From the NCBI GenBank assembly GCA_019897865.1, contig GCA_019897865.1_4532.1: a DNA stretch of 64,000 nt; one strand, written 5' to 3'. The translations under genes and the position numbers were made by a program. Below are positions 45,792 to 52,085 of this stretch, one piece after another. The DNA comes from a phage. Each line of letters starts with the position of its first letter. The first letter of the stretch is position 1. The notes under the pieces were generated by a model. That model searched no databases. It was not told the DNA's origin and worked only from the letters and a program-made list of their open reading frames with translations.

Positions 45792-47867
45792 TTATCTTTT
45801 ACGGACACTATACGGTTGGTGAAATCCGCTGTTCATTCTACTGTATCCTGTAGGAGCATTTGTTGTTGCAGGGATAGCTACTGCTTTGAAAGTATTCTCT
45901 TTTGACAGAGTATTGAAACAAGAAGCAGCAGCATCGGGAATGTCATCTTTAATAGTGGCTGTAGATCTTTCACCATTGAAAGATTCCAATTCTTTATAAA
46001 AGTGGGTTAAAGTTTCCACATTAGGGAAAGAATCTTCAACAATATAAACAAAACCGTTTTGACACGCACTACTAAAAGGCATAAAACGCTGAAGCTTTTT
46101 CTTGTTGCCTGGCATAGCATCTGGTTTAACAACAAAACCCTCTAGAATAAGTTTCTTTGCAGACTCTGTATATTCTATTGTCCCAGCACCAGATGGGTCT
46201 TTAGGAAGAACTACTGTAACTTCTGGTCCATCAATCTTACATTGATTTAGAATCAGGTTATCCCTTTCCCCAGGTAATCTTCGAAACCTTCCGAAAATTT
46301 TACTTTTCTCATCCACAGCATCATAATCATAGTCACCAAAGATGTAGATATTACCATCTTGGTCTTTACCCATTTTGACAGATGTTGTATAGTCTGGATA
46401 ACGATAAGTTTCTGTAGGAACTGAAACAGCTTTATCCCATGCTCGCATTAGTTTAAGATTATTAGGAACATCTTTATAAGATATCTTATGCAACCATTCA
46501 CGTTGGAAGAAAGACTCTTTCTGTATACGTGCAAACCAACAGCCGTCCAAGAGTTGTGCTCTTTTGATTGCTGTTTGTGATTTAAGCTGTGCTAAATAAT
46601 TAGGGTTAAGCCTAATCAATTCTGGGTTATCAAATATTGTCCCACCGATAAATACGAAAGTTTGTGGTTCAATAACAACTGTCTCCCCTGTATTAGGGTT
46701 TTCCATGAAACAGTTTTCTGGATATTTTTCTTTCAGTTCTTCAGGTGTGTCAGCAAAAACAGGTTCATCGTTAACAATGATGAAATATTTTTGTTTACCA
46801 CACATATCTTCTCTAGGATAACCGCCCTCATCGAGATAAGGTAATACCCAATTCAAAACCCAACTATCTGCATCGGGGTTACATGTGCACAACATGAAGC
46901 TTGTTTCTGACTCTGAACGCATACGTCCCAGAAGATAGAGCATTTCATATTGCGTGAAGTGGGTTAACTCATCAAAACCTACCATTGAATACTGTGTACC
47001 CTGATGGTTTGTTTCTGCTGTTACGTTATCATTTTCCAAATGGTCAAATTTGAGGGTTCCGCCACCAGTGGCTTCAAAAATGATATCCATTGTACTTTCT
47101 TTTACGTGCGGTTGTAAAGGAAGATACAAACGTTTTGCTTCTGTAAACAGACCACCTGGTTTACGGTGAGCAGTGGTGTTCTTACGGAAAAGTATTCCAC
47201 CAAACAAAGGGTCTTTGTAGGCGTATTTTAAAGCTTTCAGCAATAGCAGACGAGACTTGCCGCTATTCCCAGTAACGAAGCAGTGATCGCCACGTCTAAA
47301 GACAATATAGCTGCTTGGAGTCTCAAAACAATATTTCTTATCATCTGTTGAAATAACCTCGTGTATTTTTAAGTAAGTGCTCTTTTTACCAGGTATGTTA
47401 AAAGGAACACGTTTACCGAATGGATTTTCTACATAACCTTGCAGGGGTTTTCCTATTTGCTGTAATGCAATAAGATCTCCTACAAGAATCTCGAAATGTT
47501 TCTTTGATTTCTTTTTCTTATAGAATACAAAACGGTGTTCCATACTAAGTTCTTGGAACAATCCTACACCATTTGTTATTCTGTATAGATTATCTCCATT
47601 TAAATCGTATTCTACAAAGTAAGGTGTTACCAATTCTAAACGCTTATTCTTAGGGTTGTATTGGTAAATATCCTCTCCCGAATATTCACTAATCTGTTTC
47701 CAACCATCTTTTGTAAGATATTCCGTTTCAGCAGAAACACATCCAGCGGCACCACCATAAATCATAACTTCTGGCATTAAATCCATTGCAAGAGTCTGTT
47801 TACCTGGTTGAGCCTTTACTTCAATATCTACTCCAGCTAAACTACCTGCTGCCTTTTTCTTTGCCAC
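45792..47867 (-). CDS. Terminase large subunit, interrupted by a mini-intein in the Walker A P-loop
   Basis: 691 aa; N-terminal ...IYGGAAG|C...N|SGKSRLLLL gives the P-loop GGAAGSGKS only after removing 159 residues; remaining length and position fit TerL. Confidence 0.8.
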   Translation of the reverse strand: MAKKKAAGSLAGVDIEVKAQPGKQTLAMDLMPEVMIYGGAAGCVSAETEYLTKDGWKQISEYSGEDIYQYNPKNKRLELVTPYFVEYDLNGDNLYRITNGVGLFQELSMEHRFVFYKKKKSKKHFEILVGDLIALQQIGKPLQGYVENPFGKRVPFNIPGKKSTYLKIHEVISTDDKKYCFETPSSYIVFRRGDHCFVTGNSGKSRLLLLKALKYAYKDPLFGGILFRKNTTAHRKPGGLFTEAKRLYLPLQPHVKESTMDIIFEATGGGTLKFDHLENDNVTAETNHQGTQYSMVGFDELTHFTQYEMLYLLGRMRSESETSFMLCTCNPDADSWVLNWVLPYLDEGGYPREDMCGKQKYFIIVNDEPVFADTPEELKEKYPENCFMENPNTGETVVIEPQTFVFIGGTIFDNPELIRLNPNYLAQLKSQTAIKRAQLLDGCWFARIQKESFFQREWLHKISYKDVPNNLKLMRAWDKAVSVPTETYRYPDYTTSVKMGKDQDGNIYIFGDYDYDAVDEKSKIFGRFRRLPGERDNLILNQCKIDGPEVTVVLPKDPSGAGTIEYTESAKKLILEGFVVKPDAMPGNKKKLQRFMPFSSACQNGFVYIVEDSFPNVETLTHFYKELESFNGERSTATIKDDIPDAAASCFNTLSKENTFKAVAIPATTNAPTGYSRMNSGFHQPYSVRKR
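47265..47741 (-). other. Mini-intein (159 aa, no homing endonuclease domain) within TerL
   Basis: Starts CVSAETEYLT (block A-like, Cys1), internal SMEHRFVF (block B TxxH), ends ...RRGDHCFVTGN (block F/G-like, terminal Asn), +1 residue Ser. Confidence 0.65.
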
Positions 47868-47876
47868 ATTCCCTCC

Positions 47877-48221
47877 TTATTCAGCAATAATACCTTTTTC
47901 TTGCAGTGTTTTAATATATGTTTGTAAACCTAAAACCTTTCGTCTATCTCGCTCCCAAAGAGCGTTGTTTTGAGTTTGGTTGTTAACAACTTCAGATCTA
48001 CTAACCCCTTTTGCAATTTGATTTTTAGTGTATGGCACAGGTGTCGATACTTTATCCATCAAATCCGAATCTGGACCTTTAACCTTTTCTATGGCTACAG
48101 CCTTACACTCATCAATAAGAACTGGGGAAGCTTTTGTTGATGATGAACAACCCGTCATCATTAGGGGCAAAGCAAGACATACTGCCAGAATTAGTTTTTG
48201 CATAATTCGTTGTATCCTCAT
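47877..48221 (-). CDS. Outer-membrane spanin (Rz1-like lipoprotein)
   Basis: Signal peptide with lipobox (LPLMMTG-C); begins in a different frame inside the 3' part of the i-spanin gene. Confidence 0.55.
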   Translation of the reverse strand: MRIQRIMQKLILAVCLALPLMMTGCSSSTKASPVLIDECKAVAIEKVKGPDSDLMDKVSTPVPYTKNQIAKGVSRSEVVNNQTQNNALWERDRRKVLGLQTYIKTLQEKGIIAE

Positions 48222-48504
48222 TGATCGTTTGTTTCTTCTTCTCTAAATCTGCTTTTAATTGTGCATTGTTTTTAGACAAGTTGTTTATTTGGGTATTTAA
48301 TAATGCTCTTTCTTCATCTGCTCTTTTTTGAAGAACATCAAAATCCTGTTTTGCTTTTGCTTGGGCTGCTTGATATAATTGCGTTTGATAGGCAACACCA
48401 TCTTTGTAGCCAGACTCATGTATCTTGTTATAAGCAAACATTCCGACAAGAATAAGAACAACAATTAAAACAAAACCTAATACAGTTTTAGTCTTTAGAT
48501 TCAT
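48112..48504 (-). CDS. Inner-membrane spanin (Rz-like)
   Basis: 130 aa; N-terminal TM helix (VLGFVLIVVLILVGMFAY) then coiled-coil periplasmic domain; overlaps Rz1-like gene by about 110 nt. Confidence 0.6.
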   Translation of the reverse strand: MNLKTKTVLGFVLIVVLILVGMFAYNKIHESGYKDGVAYQTQLYQAAQAKAKQDFDVLQKRADEERALLNTQINNLSKNNAQLKADLEKKKQTINEDTTNYAKTNSGSMSCFAPNDDGLFIINKSFPSSY

Positions 48505-48625
48505 TATCTTCTACTTCCTCGTAAAATTTTATTTTAGGAAGAGAAGGGGCATTATTAACTATCTTCTTCACTTCCATCGGTTGAGCCTCCGCTAGGATCT
48601 CTTCCCACGTCTTCTCTGTCATCAT
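48488..48625 (-). CDS. Small hypothetical protein (45 aa)
   Basis: ATG at 48625 with GGAGG 9 nt upstream; stop overlaps i-spanin start. Alternative overlapping 56-aa frame exists (48555..48725). Confidence 0.3.
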   Translation of the reverse strand: MMTEKTWEEILAEAQPMEVKKIVNNAPSLPKIKFYEEVEDNESKD

Positions 48626-48783
48626 AAAGTTCTTCCTCCAAGTTCCAAGCCCGTGTGTAATCATTCTTTTTATCTTTATGATAAGAAGAACGGTTAAAAT
48701 CATTTTTAACTACAAAATTGCGCATATTTTATCCTCCTCATATCTGATCTTATCACAAAAGTATATACAATTGCAAGTATTAA

Positions 48784-48817
48784 AAATAAAAAAGCCCCTA
48801 ACCTTTCGGAGAGGGGT
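48784..48817 (-). terminator. Rho-independent terminator
   Basis: On the - strand: CCCCTCTCC-GAAA-GGTTAGGGG hairpin followed by CTTTTTTATTTTT. Confidence 0.6.
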
Positions 48818-48865
48818 GTTAAAAATAACAAGGAGGAGGGGCAAAGCCCCAAGAGAGGAGAGGGA

Positions 48866-49162
48866 TTAGATTACGATCTTTTTAGGAACGTCATCTGTAT
48901 TCTGCACGGCAGGGGTTTCTTCTTCCATAGCTTCATAATGTTCTTCTAACCATTCTTCTACTTGCTCTTTAATAGCTTTAGCTGCTTGGAAGCGGAGAGG
49001 TTTTGCTGCATCCTTATCATTAACAAGTTCAACAATATACCGCATAGCTTCTAAATAATGCTCTGCAAATAATTCTTTTACACTTGCTTGCGCCGCATCC
49101 ATTGCGTAAATCTGTTGCATTTCGGCTGTTGGTCTTCCACGACCACGTTTTAGTTTAGGCAT
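48866..49162 (-). CDS. Small DNA-binding-like protein with AT-hook-like motif (monocistronic unit)
   Basis: 98 aa; N-terminal KRGRGRP motif; own promoter (TTGACT-17-TAAGAT at 49212..49184), strong AGGAGG RBS, own terminator. Confidence 0.45.
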   Translation of the reverse strand: MPKLKRGRGRPTAEMQQIYAMDAAQASVKELFAEHYLEAMRYIVELVNDKDAAKPLRFQAAKAIKEQVEEWLEEHYEAMEEETPAVQNTDDVPKKIVI

Positions 49163-49234
49163 AATAAAATCCTCCTAAACTTTATCTTAACATATAAAAA
49201 ATAATAAGTCAAGTTTTATTCAATAGATAGCAAA

Positions 49235-49260
49235 AAGCCTCCAATAAGGAGGCCAATAAA
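49235..49260 (-). terminator. Rho-independent terminator at the end of the tRNA array
   Basis: GCCTCC-TTATT-GGAGGC hairpin followed on the - strand by TTTTTGC. Confidence 0.55.
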
Positions 49261-49369
49261 TACTGTTAATTTGAAATGCTTTATTATGATTGTGCGTTAA
49301 GGAGTCGCACCCCTCCATCTTAGAAGGAACCAGGCAAGGTCTTCAAAGATACCACTGGCAAGCGATATT

Positions 49370-49448
49370 TGGAGGCGGGAATTGGATTTGAACCAATGAT
49401 CTCCAGCATATGAAACTGGCGAGGACGACCAAACTCCTCTATCCCGCT
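49370..49448 (-). tRNA. tRNA-Met (anticodon CAT); initiator/elongator/Ile-lysidine not resolved
   Basis: Hand-folded cloverleaf: T-arm ATTGG-TTCAAAT-CCAAT, anticodon loop TTCATAT, encoded CCA; A1-C72 mismatch at acceptor top. Confidence 0.6.
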
Positions 49449-49454
49449 ATTATG

Positions 49455-49526
49455 TATCCCGTGCTGGATTCGAACCAGCGTCACAAGAAATTGTGGATCT
49501 CTTATCCTGTAAGTCTAACGGGAAAC
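49455..49526 (-). ncRNA. tRNA-like element (canonical T-arm and acceptor, no canonical anticodon arm)
   Basis: T-arm GCTGG-TTCGAAT-CCAGC and near-complementary acceptor strands, but the central region forms CACAA-TTTC-TTGTG instead of a 5-bp/7-nt anticodon arm. Confidence 0.3.
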
Positions 49527-49600
49527 TGGTTGTTTCGACAAGAATCGAACTTGTGTCTCACGATTATCAGTCGTGGGTTCTACCATTGAACTACGAAACA
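49527..49600 (-). tRNA. tRNA-Ile (anticodon GAT)
   Basis: Perfect cloverleaf: acceptor TGTTTCG/CGAAACA, D GTTC/GAAC, anticodon stem CACGA/TCGTG with loop CTGATAA, T-arm ACAAG-TTCGATT-CTTGT, encoded CCA. Confidence 0.75.
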
Positions 49601-49606
49601 TTTAAT

Positions 49607-49683
49607 TGGTCGGAATTGCAGGATTCGAACCTGCGACCCTACGCTCCCAAAGCGTATGCTCTACCAAACTGAGCTAAATTCCG
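49607..49683 (-). tRNA. tRNA-Pro (anticodon TGG)
   Basis: Acceptor CGGAATT/AATTCCG, D GCTC/GAGC, anticodon stem TACGC/GCGTA with loop TTTGGGA, T-arm GCAGG-TTCGAAT-CCTGC, CCA. Confidence 0.75.
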
Positions 49684-49688
49684 TTATA

Positions 49689-49764
49689 TGGCTGGTCTGT
49701 CTGGATTTGAACCAAACCTACGACAGTCAAAGTGTCGTGTGCTACCGGACTACACTACAAACCA
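49689..49764 (-). tRNA. tRNA-Gln (anticodon TTG)
   Basis: Acceptor TGGTTTG/CAGACCA (U1-A72, G73), anticodon stem CGACA/TGTCG with loop CTTTGAC, T-arm TTTGG-TTCAAAT-CCAGA, CCA. Confidence 0.7.
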
Positions 49765-49862
49765 ATAAATCATTTAATGAAGGGCAACCAGAAGAGGTGT
49801 GAGAGAAGGAGAAAACCATGAGTAAAAGAGAAAGTTTTCTGGCAACCCTTTATTAAATAATT

Positions 49863-49936
49863 TGGAGCGTTCTACGAGGATCGAACTCGTGCCGCCGACT
49901 TGGAAGGACGGAATGCTACCGCTACACCAAGAACGC
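49863..49936 (-). tRNA. tRNA-Gly (anticodon TCC)
   Basis: Acceptor GCGTTCT/AGAACGC, anticodon loop CTTCCAA, T-arm ACGAG-TTCGATC-CTCGT, discriminator U, CCA; one mismatch in anticodon stem. Confidence 0.65.
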
Positions 49937-49947
49937 CCTACATCTTT

Positions 49948-49977
49948 ACTATACTACATTTTACTATTGATTGTCAA
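49948..49977 (-). promoter_or_regulatory. Promoter (CTATTGACAA family) for downstream tRNA block
   Basis: - strand CTATTGACAA with TTGACA at 49977..49972, about 18-bp spacer, TATAGT; ends about 12 nt before tRNA-Gly. Confidence 0.5.
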
Positions 49978-50250
49978 TAGTTTTATTGAGTGGGACAGTG
50001 ACGAGTATCCCATTGGGTGACTAGCCCTACGTTCGGTAAGCTAACTTAAAATAATACAAAACCAAAGTCAAATATTATTCTTCGTTGCTGTCGATGGGAG
50101 AGCCGCTTCTTCTTTTGCCCCATCCAACCCTACTCCGGTCAAGTTTCAGGTAACTCTTTTTGTGATCAACACAATACTAAGAACACTGTCTTTCGAACAG
50201 ACCTTGTGCACAGGATACGACGATCAATCACAGTGCCCTTAATGTTGTGT

Positions 50251-50325
50251 TGGTGCTCCCACTCTGAATCGAACAGAGATCCACGGATTACAAAACCGTT
50301 GTAATAGCCATTATACTATAGGAGC
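50251..50325 (-). tRNA. tRNA-Thr (anticodon TGT)
   Basis: Acceptor GCTCCTA/TGGGAGC, anticodon loop TTTGTAA, T-arm CTCTG-TTCGATT-CAGAG, A73, CCA; loop-closing pair mismatched. Confidence 0.6.
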
Positions 50326-50331
50326 AAAGCT

Positions 50332-50408
50332 GGGACTCGGCAGGATTCGATACCTGCAATTCCAGAAGCCTCTTGGCGACTGGGGGTTTACCTTAACTCT
50401 ACAAGTCC
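50332..50408 (-). ncRNA. tRNA-like element with extended central hairpin in place of the anticodon arm
   Basis: Good acceptor (GGACTTG/CGAGTCC) and T-arm-like GCAGG...CCTGC (8-nt loop), but middle forms CCAGTCGCC-AAGA-GGCTTCTGG; no CCA. Confidence 0.3.
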
Positions 50409-50415
50409 ATAATTC

Positions 50416-50501
50416 TGGCGATGAGTATAGGATTTGAACCTATATCGTTCTTTCGAACACGGATTAACAGTCCGCCGCTTAAACCATTCAGCCAACTCAT
50501 C
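50416..50501 (-). tRNA. Class II (long variable arm) tRNA with anticodon GTT (Asn codons)
   Basis: 86 nt: acceptor GATGAGT/ACTCATC, 3-bp D stem, anticodon stem GCGGA/TCCGT with loop CTGTTAA, variable arm GTTC-GAAA-GAAC, T-arm ATAGG-TTCAAAT-CCTAT, G73, CCA. Confidence 0.55.
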
Positions 50502-50507
50502 TTAATT

Positions 50508-50595
50508 TGGTGGTGAGTGATGGAGTCGAACCACCCGAATCGCAATGATAACAGATTTACAGTCTGCCCCGCTACCCCTACGGAATTAACTCACC
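50508..50595 (-). tRNA. tRNA-Tyr (anticodon GTA), class II
   Basis: 88 nt: acceptor GGTGAGT/ACTCACC, anticodon stem GCAGA/TCTGT with loop CTGTAAA, long variable region, T-arm GGTGG-TTCGACT-CCATC, A73, CCA. Confidence 0.65.
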
Positions 50596-50725
50596 TAAAT
50601 ACTAATATTTAAATTCTTTTTAAAATAGCCAGTGTTCACACCACTAACTATGATTTATCGGTAAGATGGTGGGGGCCATCTGCCGAAAGTTTACTCTATT
50701 AAAGTAAGCCATATTAAAAAGAACT

Positions 50726-50811
50726 TGGCGGTAGATGTAGGACTCGAACCTACACGCCGTTTCCGACTACAGTTTAGCAAACTGTCGTGGCTACCATTTC
50801 ACCAATCTACC
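50726..50811 (-). tRNA. tRNA-Ser (anticodon GCT), class II
   Basis: 86 nt: acceptor GGTAGAT/ATCTACC, anticodon stem ACAGT/ACTGT with loop TTGCTAA, variable arm GTCG-GAAA-CGGC, T-arm GTAGG-TTCGAGT-CCTAC, G73, CCA. Confidence 0.7.
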
Positions 50812-50816
50812 TAATC

Positions 50817-50907
50817 TGGCGGAAGGAGGGAGAGTCGAACTCCCAAGGCTCTTTCAAGCTCGGCGGTTTTCAAGACCGTTTTCGTCGCCACGTCGATTTG
50901 CCCTTCC
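50817..50907 (-). tRNA. tRNA-Ser (anticodon TGA), class II
   Basis: About 91 nt: acceptor GGAAGGG/TCCTTCC, anticodon loop CTTGAAA, variable arm GCTT-GAAA-GAGC, T-arm GGGAG-TTCGACT-CTCCC, G73, CCA. Confidence 0.65.
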
Positions 50908-50911
50908 ATAC

Positions 50912-50945
50912 TTATAATCTAACATAAAATAATGTTTGTTGTCAA
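50912..50945 (-). promoter_or_regulatory. Promoter (CTATTGACAA family) for the tRNA-Ser block
   Basis: - strand CTATTGACAA (TTGACA 50945..50940), 18-bp spacer ...AAACATTATTTTATGT, TAGATT, then tRNA-Ser about 9 nt downstream. Confidence 0.5.
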
Positions 50946-51141
50946 TAGTTTTTTAAAACATTTTACCATGAATGGTGACTCCACCAACCCCCGTTCTCCA
51001 CGAACGGTGCTCTTCGAGCATTTATGTCTTCTAATATAACCGTGGCCTTTGTTTATAATGTCTGACATATTTGCCTCATTCTCTGCCACCATGATCAGTA
51101 GTGGGTTCAAATCACTTGAGCTAATTCATGTTAAAATGTTC

Positions 51142-51216
51142 TGGTGTCTTTACAAGGAATCGAACCTTGACTAAGAGTTTAGAAGACTCCTGTGCTATCC
51201 ATTACACCATAAAGAC
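51142..51216 (-). tRNA. tRNA-Arg (anticodon TCT)
   Basis: Acceptor GTCTTTA/TAAAGAC, D GTGT/GCAC, anticodon stem GGAGT/ACTCT with loop CTTCTAA, T-arm CAAGG-TTCGATT-CCTTG, CCA. Confidence 0.7.
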
Positions 51217-51218
51217 TT

Positions 51219-51293
51219 TGGTGGCCCTGGCTGGTTTCGATCCAGCTACCTATCGGTTATGAGCCGACAGCTCTCCCATTGAGCTACAGGGCC
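51219..51293 (-). tRNA. tRNA-Met (anticodon CAT), elongator-type; unusual T-loop ATCGAAA
   Basis: Acceptor GGCCCTG/CAGGGCC, D GCTC/GAGC, anticodon stem GTCGG/CCGAT with loop CTCATAA, T-arm GCTGG-ATCGAAA-CCAGC, A73, CCA. Confidence 0.65.
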
Positions 51294-51497
51294 ATAAATG
51301 TGGTAACAGAGACGCTGACGATTGTAGAGAACCGCTACATTCTCTAAGACCAAGCCCAACTTTCAGCGTAAAAGTTCTTGAGCCGAGACTATTCCTTTTC
51401 CTCTTTGGTAGCTAACCTCTGAAGAAGTAGTCTCTAACACTACCGCAGTGCAAGCCCCTCTTAACAAAAGTCAACGACCCTGTTACCACACTTGATG

Positions 51498-51532
51498 AAC
51501 GTATCCTAACATATGAAGGATACGTTTGTCAA
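51498..51532 (-). repeat. 29-bp near-perfect palindrome abutting a third CTATTGACAA motif
   Basis: AACGTATCCT-aaCATATGa-AGGATACGTT (10-bp arms, 51498-51526) directly next to tgtcaa (51527-51532); about 200 nt upstream of tRNA-Met. Confidence 0.5.
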
Positions 51533-51539
51533 TAGTTAT

Positions 51540-51788
51540 TTAAGCATATTCTGCTACTTCTTCACTATCTTTCTTTTCCAGAAGAGCAACAACCAAAGCT
51601 TCTGCGTTAAAAGTGTTAATTTCAAGATCCATCTCTCGCATCAGAGCCAAGAAATCAATAACTTTAACATCTTTAGTTATTACAATAGAAGTTGTACCAT
51701 TGTTTTCAGATGTGTATTTTTCTGGATGGAAAAGAAAAACTGCATTGCCGTTACCATCTTCAAACACGTGTTTTTCTAATAGAGACAT
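51540..51788 (-). CDS. Hypothetical protein (82 aa)
   Basis: ATG at 51788 preceded by AGGAGG (5-nt spacer); the track ORF 51540..51854 is probably an N-terminal over-extension. Confidence 0.5.
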   Translation of the reverse strand: MSLLEKHVFEDGNGNAVFLFHPEKYTSENNGTTSIVITKDVKVIDFLALMREMDLEINTFNAEALVVALLEKKDSEEVAEYA

Positions 51789-51796
51789 TGTTCCTC

Positions 51797-52048
51797 CTAA
51801 TCTGTTAGTTGTTCGTCCTCTACCAAGTTTGACACGAGAACGTCTGTTATACATTGATGCTGATAAACCCTTTCGGGACTATCATCAAAAGCCAAACCTG
51901 TGCAAATAGAACAGAGGTCTGATTCCTTGATGACTCCATTTTTATCACGTCTGGAGTGGTTTGTCAAATGCCTATTACAAGCACGGCACCTAAAATAAAA
52001 GCTATTTTGCATATATCCTTCGAACCCCAAATGGGGAGTGATCGGCAT
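51797..52048 (-). CDS. Small zinc-ribbon protein
   Basis: 83 aa with CRAC...CSIC; stop adjacent to RBS of the next gene. Confidence 0.45.
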   Translation of the reverse strand: MPITPHLGFEGYMQNSFYFRCRACNRHLTNHSRRDKNGVIKESDLCSICTGLAFDDSPERVYQHQCITDVLVSNLVEDEQLTD

Positions 52049-52085
52049 CTCCTCACTTCTAGTTTAGCACGAAGGATATCTTAAG

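Noticed and set aside
48555-48725. Alternative 56-aa ORF with a very strong GAGGAGG RBS overlapping the 45-aa ORF upstream of the spanins.
   Set aside because: Highly charged, low-complexity product (MRNFVVKNDFNRSSYHKDKKND...); the two overlapping frames cannot be distinguished from sequence alone, so neither was given high confidence.
49285-49369. GGAGTCGCACC resembling a T-arm, suggesting an additional tRNA at the 3' end of the array.
   Set aside because: T-loop would be TGCGACT and no acceptor or anticodon stems fold; more likely 3' trailer with a small GTGCG/CGCAC hairpin.
49818-49856. 12-codon plus-strand mini-ORF (MSKRESFLATLY) with a strong AAGGAG RBS between tRNA-Gln and tRNA-Gly.
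   Set aside because: Too short to evaluate and antisense to the tRNA transcript; could be chance, though the strong SD is noted.
50919-51110. 63-aa minus-strand ORF from the track inside the tRNA cluster.
   Set aside because: It overlaps the promoter box and tRNA leader, starts at a TTG with no RBS, and has no recognisable features; coding status unsupported.
51095-51125. Plus-strand T-loop-like sequence GGGTTCAAATC suggesting a plus-strand tRNA.
   Set aside because: No complementary acceptor stem or anticodon arm could be folded around it on either strand; the T-stem pairing is poor.
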